Shown piece by piece: positions 50,500 to 56,193 of a DNA stretch of 56,193 nucleotides (positions are counted from its first letter, which is position 1; the number at the start of each line of letters is the position of its first letter). Source of the DNA: a virus (taxonomy: Duplodnaviria; Caudoviricetes); IMG/VR virus record IMGVR_UViG_3300020198_001070, positions 1 through 56,193 of that record. The stretch is one strand, 5' to 3'. Below the pieces are notes generated by a model that saw only the letters and a list, made by a program, of their open reading frames with translations, searched no databases and was not told the origin of the DNA. Both the position numbers and the translations under genes were made by a program.

Positions 50500-50840
50500 T
50501 TTGTGAGAATTCGTTGAAGGTATTGTAATAGTCTTGGCGGACTCGGCTATCGTTATGCCGACATCTCCACCCCCCATCAAAAGTGTACTTAAATCTGAAA
50601 AAGATGACGTTTGGGGATAGTACACTTTTGATGGGGATGTAAGGATTCGACGTTGAGATGAAGGAATACTGGAGAATCATCAGATAAGATGTAAAAATTA
50701 AATAAAGTAAATGCAAAAGCAAATACAAAATTTGAATTCTACACTGTAGATGGCATCTTTGATGCCATTGCTGCCTAGTAAGTAGCAAGTTCCGGGGGTA
50801 GTGCCTTGTTATCAAATAACTAGTGGGGAGAAATCCCCAC
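50500..50840 (+). ncRNA. ssrA: Circularly permuted (two-piece) tmRNA; 5' start approximate
   Basis: Acceptor piece ...GAC-TCGGC-loop-GCCGA-CATCTCC-ACC (50540-50571) precedes GGGGATGTAAGGATTCGAC (50633); G3.U70 pair; tag AKANTKFEFYTVDGIFDAIAA then TAG TAA (50713-50781). Confidence 0.85.
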
Positions 50841-50859
50841 TTCATTTGCACCAATAATT

Positions 50860-50936
50860 GCGCTAGTAACCCATATGGCAAGGGTGACTGCCTCTAAAAC
50901 AGTATATAGCAGGTTCAAGTCCTGTCTAGCGCACCA
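50860..50936 (+). tRNA. tRNA with CUA anticodon (amber suppressor)
   Basis: GCGCTAG/CTAGCGC-ACCA, D stem ACCC/GGGT, loop CTCTAAA, T arm GCAGG-TTCAAGT-CCTGT. Confidence 0.8.
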
Positions 50937-50956
50937 TTCGATTATAGTACATATTC

Positions 50957-50985
50957 TTGACATAAAAAAATAATTGGAGTATAAT
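50957..50985 (+). promoter_or_regulatory. Sigma70 consensus promoter
   Basis: TTGACA-17 bp-TATAAT. Confidence 0.85.
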
Positions 50986-50991
50986 ACACAA

Positions 50992-51475
50992 TATTAGGCT
51001 CCATTATAGGCAACATAGGCAACCCCACTTCAGATAATACTTGCACTGGTAAGATGAATAAGTGCCCCGAGATACGGAATGTGCTTCGCGTAGAGGGAAA
51101 CAATTGTGCTGAAGCAATGACTCATTTGACTACCCACACCTCGTGTTGTGGATGATGATCGGATATGCCTTCATACAACCGATTTCGAATGTTTGAATAA
51201 TATTAAAAAAGGCTAAAGAAGGGAGAAAAACCCTACGGACATATATGCGCTGGTATGTATATATGCACCCGCCGTCAGAAAAAATACAGCACTTCGAGGT
51301 ACCGGCTGACCGCCTCTGTAATAGTGTAATACCAGTGTGAAGTCAACTCAGTTGAAAAAATCATTTGCCCCCTTGCGGGGCAAAATATGCTTGTAATCTA
51401 GTTGAATATATACATAATATTACTATTGATAATATGTGACGAACGACAGTGAGGAACAGGGGAATGTATTCCCCG
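50992..51475 (+). ncRNA. Candidate large structured ncRNA, about 480 nt (family unassigned)
   Basis: ORF-free, GC-enriched, own promoter, many local hairpins and long-range helices. Confidence 0.55.
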
Positions 51476-51494
51476 TTTAAGAATAAATATTATC

Positions 51495-52085
51495 ATGAAA
51501 ATTAATGAATTATCTGGATATAAAAATAATGATCTTTATACTAAAGCAAAAGAAATATTTACTGGTAATAAAGATCAGGATGTATCATTTCGTGAATGGA
51601 AAAACATAATGGATTATTATGGGTTCACACATCTTGGTTCTGGTTCATATGGATCTGCCTATGAACACCCCAGTTATCCTTGGGTGTTTAAGATATTTAA
51701 AGGTGATAAGTCATATTTAAAATATTTTAACTATGTTAAAAAAAATCAACATAACCCACATATTCCGAGAATAAAAGGTTCTTATATACGACTAGGCAAT
51801 GATGCTTATATTGTACGATTGGAAAAATTACAAAAAATATCAATGGATCAATATGAAAAAGTAGAGTATATAATTGATGTTTTTTCAAGTATGTTAGACA
51901 ACGATTCATCTAGTACTGAGATAACTCCAATGCAAGCACAATTGATTGACTCGTATCATGGGATATACGAGATTCTGGTAGCAATCAAATATATGTTTGG
52001 TGAATCCTATACAGACATTCATTATGATAATATCATGATGCGTGGTAATGTTCCTGTAATAATAGACCCCGTGGTAGACCAATGA
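51495..52085 (+). CDS. Protein-kinase-like (PKL/APH fold) enzyme
   Basis: LGSGSYGSAY, VFKI, DIHYDNIM, IIDP. Confidence 0.75.
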   Translation: MKINELSGYKNNDLYTKAKEIFTGNKDQDVSFREWKNIMDYYGFTHLGSGSYGSAYEHPSYPWVFKIFKGDKSYLKYFNYVKKNQHNPHIPRIKGSYIRLGNDAYIVRLEKLQKISMDQYEKVEYIIDVFSSMLDNDSSSTEITPMQAQLIDSYHGIYEILVAIKYMFGESYTDIHYDNIMMRGNVPVIIDPVVDQ

Positions 52086-52363
52086 AAGTACAACAAATAA
52101 TAGAAAACAAATTCAAACCAGCCGTCATTAATATTCATCTAGGTGGGTTTACCGGAACTAAAATTCCAGATGATCTTAAAAAATTTATAGCAATTCACAT
52201 TAAGCAATCTAAAAATGGGTCATACTATATAAATGAATATCCAGATTCATGGTATTCAAGAACATTTCAAGGTGATGGGCCATCTGATGGTATATATGAC
52301 TTCAAAACCTTTATGGATGTGTTAAAGCCATATTTTAGAGTTCAAAAAATTATTCAGCGATAA
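52082..52363 (+). CDS. Hypothetical protein
   Basis: Coupled to the kinase gene. Confidence 0.55.
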   Translation: MKVQQIIENKFKPAVINIHLGGFTGTKIPDDLKKFIAIHIKQSKNGSYYINEYPDSWYSRTFQGDGPSDGIYDFKTFMDVLKPYFRVQKIIQR

Positions 52364-52419
52364 AAGTAGACATTCCTGTTTTTCATGTTATAATTTTTTA
52401 AAAAATTTAAGGGTGTATT

Positions 52420-53229
52420 ATGCAAAAACCATTTTTAAAATGGGCTGGTGGTAAATCACGGCTAAGTGATAAAATTAATGAAGTACTACCATCGGGATCA
52501 CGATTAATTGAACCATTTGTTGGTTCTGGTGCAGTATTCATGAATACTGCATATGATGAATACCTATTAGCTGATACAAATGCAGATATAATACACTTAT
52601 ATAAATACCTACAAACAGAAGGTGAATATTTCATACAGTATTGTAAAACATTCTTCACAGCTTCTTATAATACAAAAAGCGAATATTTAACGAACAGAAG
52701 AATATTTAATACTACAACTGATACAAGATTAAAATCGGCATTATTCCTTTACCTTAACAGACATTGCTTTAACGGTCTATGTAGATACAATAATAAAGGT
52801 GAGTTTAATGTCCCATTTGGAAAATATGAAAATCCGTATTTTCCAGCAGAAGAAATGACAGCATTTTTTAATAAATCTAAAAGAGCAACCTTTATGCATG
52901 CAGATTTTAGATTATCATTGTCTAATGCAACAGTTGGTGATGTTGTTTATGCTGACCCACCATATGTTCCATTGACCAATACCGCATATTTCACAAGTTA
53001 CTCCATTGGTGGGTTTAGTATAAAAGATCAAACAGATTTACGTGATTTATCACTGCACCTTGCTGAACAAGATATCCCAGTCGTAATATCTAATCATAGT
53101 ACTGAATGGACATTGCAAAATTATAATGAAGCAACAATACATGAATTTGATGTTCAACGATTTATTTCTGCCAATGGTAGCAATAGGACTAAAGCAAAGG
53201 AATTATTGGCATTGTTTAAAAAACACTGA
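52420..53229 (+). CDS. dam: Dam-family DNA adenine methyltransferase
   Basis: FLKWAGGK, IEPFVGSGAV, FNGLCRYN..GEFNVPFG, YADPPY. Confidence 0.95.
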   Translation: MQKPFLKWAGGKSRLSDKINEVLPSGSRLIEPFVGSGAVFMNTAYDEYLLADTNADIIHLYKYLQTEGEYFIQYCKTFFTASYNTKSEYLTNRRIFNTTTDTRLKSALFLYLNRHCFNGLCRYNNKGEFNVPFGKYENPYFPAEEMTAFFNKSKRATFMHADFRLSLSNATVGDVVYADPPYVPLTNTAYFTSYSIGGFSIKDQTDLRDLSLHLAEQDIPVVISNHSTEWTLQNYNEATIHEFDVQRFISANGSNRTKAKELLALFKKH

Positions 53230-53299
53230 AAAATACATATATAATAACTATCTTTTATTTATAAAAAATTCAAAAGATAGTTAAAAACTTTTACATCAG

Positions 53300-53530
53300 T
53301 TGAACCAACTGGGTATATTAACGGATTACGATATGCAACCATTATTACCCACATTACAACTCACATCTATACAGGGCCGTCAACTGTATTGTGTGCATAT
53401 AGTATATCTAATTACAGACCCAATGATAAGGTTGGCTATCCAACGAAGAATTGAATTTATTACTGATATATGGCATCCAACACAGTTTTTAAGAATAACC
53501 AGACAACCATTGAAATATAAAACTAACTAG
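53300..53530 (+). CDS. Possible hypothetical protein
   Basis: ORF track only; weak start. Confidence 0.3.
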   Translation: MNQLGILTDYDMQPLLPTLQLTSIQGRQLYCVHIVYLITDPMIRLAIQRRIEFITDIWHPTQFLRITRQPLKYKTN

Positions 53531-53616
53531 AGTTCCTTTCCCGTCGGCGAGACTCGCCGTCTTAAATCCGATGGTGTAGTATTAAGACAATGTGTGCATA
53601 TCGCTGGGAACTCACC
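53530..53616 (+). ncRNA. Structured RNA with tRNA-like termini
   Basis: GAGTTCC/GGAACTC-ACC closing stem; internal CGGCGA/TCGCCG and GTCTTAA/TTAAGAC hairpins. Confidence 0.4.
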
Positions 53617-53648
53617 GCCTATGGTGTTTTAGAAAACAAACAATATCA

Positions 53649-53739
53649 CTTACGGTGGCTCTTGGTAGAGCAGGACGTCTTATACGCGGTTCGGGCAGAT
53701 AACCCCCAGGGCCAGGTTCGATTCCTAGCCGTAGGACCA
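53649..53739 (+). tRNA. tRNA-Ile(UAU) with long variable arm
   Basis: CTTACGG/CCGTAGG-ACCA, GCTC/GAGC D stem, loop CTTATAC, TTCGATT T loop. Confidence 0.7.
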
Positions 53740-53748
53740 AAAAAAAAT

Positions 53749-53777
53749 TTGACAACTTATAAAATAGTTGTTATACT
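53749..53777 (+). promoter_or_regulatory. Sigma70 promoter
   Basis: TTGACA-17 bp-TATACT. Confidence 0.75.
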
Positions 53778-53784
53778 ACACAAA

Positions 53785-53996
53785 TTAGCAATAGTGCTGG
53801 CTACGTAAAGAGTCAGATGCAAAAGGTAGATACAGGACTTTCGAAGCAAAGTTAGATATGTTATGATCACCCGCAAACTAATATCAAGTGCTCTTGAGGG
53901 CGGAAAGTAAATTAGTCTAATTAGTTAAGAAGGTTGATGGCTGGATTGATCACCAGTCGATAACATCTGAGAAAGCTGTTGGAACGCTACCAACTT
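53785..53996 (+). ncRNA. Candidate structured ncRNA heading a tRNA transcript
   Basis: TCAGATG/CATCTGA long-range stem enclosing several hairpins. Confidence 0.4.
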
Positions 53997-54007
53997 TACA
54001 CAATTTA

Positions 54008-54084
54008 GGACCTCAAGCTTAAATGGTATAAGCAACCGGCTCATAACCGGTAGACACAGAGTTCGAATCTCTGGGGGTTCACCA
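54008..54084 (+). tRNA. tRNA-CAU (Met or Ile2)
   Basis: ACCGG-CTCATAA-CCGGT anticodon arm, CAGAG-TTCGAAT-CTCTG, CCA. Confidence 0.88.
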
Positions 54085-54090
54085 AATAAT

Positions 54091-54166
54091 ATTCCTATGG
54101 AGAAGTGGTTATCTCATCACCCTTTCAAGGTGACTTCACGGGTTAGTTCCCCCCGTCGGGATACCA
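54091..54166 (+). tRNA. tRNA-Glu(UUC), aberrant T loop, possibly a pseudogene
   Basis: TCACC-CTTTCAA-GGTGA; T loop TTAGTTCC; ends CCA. Confidence 0.6.
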
Positions 54167-54291
54167 ATTTATTTTAAAATACACTATCAGTCACTTCAAT
54201 ATCACTGGCCAGAAGGGTATTGAACTTGAGGGCGAGAGACAGGAGGATGGCATAACCATTCGTCTTCCCTTGTTAGTGTATTTTAAATTAT

Positions 54292-54387
54292 GCTGTATTT
54301 CCAGTTGCGACGATCTCTCAGTTAAAAGCTGTCGAATTTCGTAAAGGGTAAAGGAAAGCTGAACCTTCTGGGTAGAATACAGCGCCA
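54292..54387 (+). ncRNA. Non-cloverleaf RNA with acceptor-like stem and CCA end
   Basis: GCTGTATT/AATACAGC-GCCA. Confidence 0.4.
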
Positions 54388-54391
54388 ATTT

Positions 54392-54455
54392 TAGGATACA
54401 TTCAGCAAATTTTATTACATGAGACTTTTAATCTTACCAGTAAAAACGTATCCTG
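54392..54455 (+). ncRNA. Short Y-RNA-like hairpin element
   Basis: TAGGATAC-ATTCAGCAA...AAAAC-GTATCCTG; same terminal architecture as 55365..55482. Confidence 0.45.
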
Positions 54456-54523
54456 TATAAATATTTTAGGAGAATAACAATGAAACGAAAGACAAAGTCA
54501 GAAAAAGAAGGCAAGAAAATTAT

Positions 54524-54587
54524 GGAACTGTAGCTCAAGTTGGTTAGAGCAATCGCCTTTAAAGCGATAGGTTATGGGATTCCACCA
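54524..54587 (+). pseudogene. Truncated tRNA with UUA (ochre-suppressor) anticodon
   Basis: Intact D arm and ATCGC-CTTTAAA-GCGAT arm; T loop and part of the 3' strand missing before TTCCACCA. Confidence 0.65.
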
Positions 54588-54771
54588 AAAATTATATAAA
54601 AATACATTCACGGTTAGGATACAGAGAAACTGGACGCAGGGGCTATCCGAAATAGTAGGCATACTTACCGAAATCTCTGAAACGAATGTATTCCTATATA
54701 ACTTTTGAAACATACAATTGGATGCTGTGAGGTTCAATTCCTTCTGATGGTGCCAATTTGAGATACTTTAT

Positions 54772-54999
54772 ATGACTTGTAATAAATGTAAAAATTGTAA
54801 TAAAAAATACAAAATTATTGGATATAAAGAGAAAAATCAACTTAGAAAAAAACTATTGACATTGGGACTAACACCTAAAATAATATTCGAAATAGTTAGA
54901 AAAGCACCACTTGGTGATCCAATAGAAATTCAAGTTCGTGGATTTATGTTGTCTATTAGACAAACAGAATTTGACTTACTGATTTTACAAGAAATGTAA
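54772..54999 (+). CDS. feoA: Ferrous iron transport protein FeoA
   Basis: RKKLLTLGLTP, VRKAPLGDPIEIQVRGFMLSIR. Confidence 0.9.
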   Translation: MTCNKCKNCNKKYKIIGYKEKNQLRKKLLTLGLTPKIIFEIVRKAPLGDPIEIQVRGFMLSIRQTEFDLLILQEM

Positions 55000-55364
55000 T
55001 ATATTGAATAATATACTGTTGTAGTGTAACAGCTTACATAGTAAGTGAAACATTCTATGACGACTATAGAGATTCGGTTAAAGTCCGATAACAGCTACCG
55101 ACATTACAAGTATGAATGAATTTTATATAACCGCAGCTGATTATGAAGTTTTCCAAGCACATAATGTGCGTGGAAATTAAAGAAATTCTACAATATAGAT
55201 ATGGGCAAGCGTGTTTAAATTATTTTTATCCAACTGTGGACAATGTCCACAGTTGACCCAGTGAGTGGTAGTAAAGCATCACCCACTGAACTAATTTGGT
55301 GTGAACATTCAATTAATAAAGCGAAACAACTGATTGAAGACCACATCAATATAATTTGACCAAA

Positions 55365-55482
55365 TAGGTTCTTTGCAGCAATAAATTTTTCTTACAATAA
55401 AAGAAAGGTCTGGGTTCGAGTCCCTGGGATAGAGTTGGTCACTATCATAGTTTAATCGGTAGAACAAAATAAACAGAACCTG
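55365..55482 (+). ncRNA. YrlA-like Y RNA (permuted tRNA-mimic domain)
   Basis: TAGGTTCT/AGAACCTG terminal stem; inside, T arm (GGG-TTCGAGT-CCC), closed stem GATAG/CTATC, then D arm TAGTTTAATCGGTAGAAC. Confidence 0.65.
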
Positions 55483-55494
55483 AAATTTTAAATA

Positions 55495-55570
55495 GCGAGA
55501 ACGTTCAAATGGTAGGATATCTGGGTTTGAACCCAGATAATCGTGACTAGAGTTCACGTTCCATTACCAC
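55495..55570 (+). pseudogene. Degenerate tRNA (Gln-UUG-like)
   Basis: D-arm-like GTTCAAATGGTAGGAT and TCTGGG-TTTGAA-CCCAGA; acceptor and T arm degraded. Confidence 0.35.
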
Positions 55571-56022
55571 TTTTAACAAGAGTATTATCATGGTATTAGA
55601 TACAGTAGTAAACGCAATTGGTGAATATAGAAATAACAAGGTAACAACCTTACAAGCTATACCAACGCATTTGAAATTGTACGTGAATAAATATTATGAG
55701 AAATCTGATAGGCATTTTGAAAGATTGATGGATATTTGTATCAACATACCATCCAATTTTACTATTTAAGTTATCGATGATACTATAAATATAAAGCAAG
55801 AAAAGGTCACATATACTTTAAGGTTTAGCCCCAATTTAACTGATGATGATTTTGAAGAATCAGAATTTGTGTTAAAATTGGTTAACAAAACACGTCGATG
55901 TGATTAATGAGGATGACTACCACAAACAAACCCGAAGCTTTCACGACGGTGAATTAAAATGGTTCGAATCCATTAGCTCCGAAAATTATCATTCTGTACA
56001 AAAAATTTTAAAAGGAAAAAAT

Positions 56023-56193
56023 ATGAAACAATTAGTAATGTTAGTAATAGTAGCGATGCTTGCTACTGGCTGTGCAACCAATTCAGATATCGAAAATCTG
56101 CAAACCCAAATTGATGGCCTGAAAACTTCTGTAGCACAAGCTTCTTCTGATGCGGCAAGCGCTCAGTCTGCTGCTGCCGATGCGAAAGCAGCT
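56023..56193 (+). CDS. Lpp/OprI-type alanine-zipper lipoprotein (truncated by the window end)
   Basis: AAGGA RBS; MKQLVMLVIVAMLATGC lipobox, then ATNSDIENLQTQIDGLK...AASAQSAAADAKAA. Confidence 0.8.
   Translation, partial: MKQLVMLVIVAMLATGCATNSDIENLQTQIDGLKTSVAQASSDAASAQSAAADAKAA

Noticed and set aside
50357-50881. 174-aa minus-strand ORF
   Set aside because: Antisense to the tmRNA, with no recognisable protein features
53530-53616. Pistol or hammerhead ribozyme
   Set aside because: Conserved core nucleotides and loop pairing could not be placed
54720-54756. tRNA gene
   Set aside because: Only a T-arm-like segment and CCA are visible, with no matching 5' half
53590-55557. ORF-track calls 53590..53808, 54191..54388, 54498..54737 and 55309..55557
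   Set aside because: They overlap tRNAs or structured RNAs
1-56193. Genome-wide TAG recoding
   Set aside because: Conserved genes are full length in code 11 and several end at TAG where expected

Overview
AT-rich 56 kb segment of a large lytic tailed-phage genome, probably a jumbo myovirus of a Gram-negative proteobacterium. Supporting this are PAAR and tail-fibre genes, a recurring T4-late-like (T/A)AAATA promoter motif, a tRNA array and many host-like genes. In order: Bfd; a minus-strand array of small paralogous ORFs; an epimerase/lysin/AlgH/nuclease block with a deleted IS200/IS605 (tnpB) element; ALA synthase; late/virion genes; class Ia RNR whose alpha subunit has one cis mini-intein and one naturally split intein; bS21; a helicase-methyltransferase pair; DnaK/Hsp20/ClpS; heme oxygenase plus bilin reductase; a CsgF/CsgG/curlin/FecR/RimK/CHASE2-adenylate cyclase locus containing a 24-aa PqqA gene missed by the ORF track; a lipase plus three paralogous membrane proteins; a circularly permuted tmRNA; an amber-suppressor tRNA; several unexplained structured RNAs; Dam; FeoA; YrlA-like RNAs; and an alanine-zipper lipoprotein cut by the window end. 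All calls come from reading motifs by eye; no searches were run.
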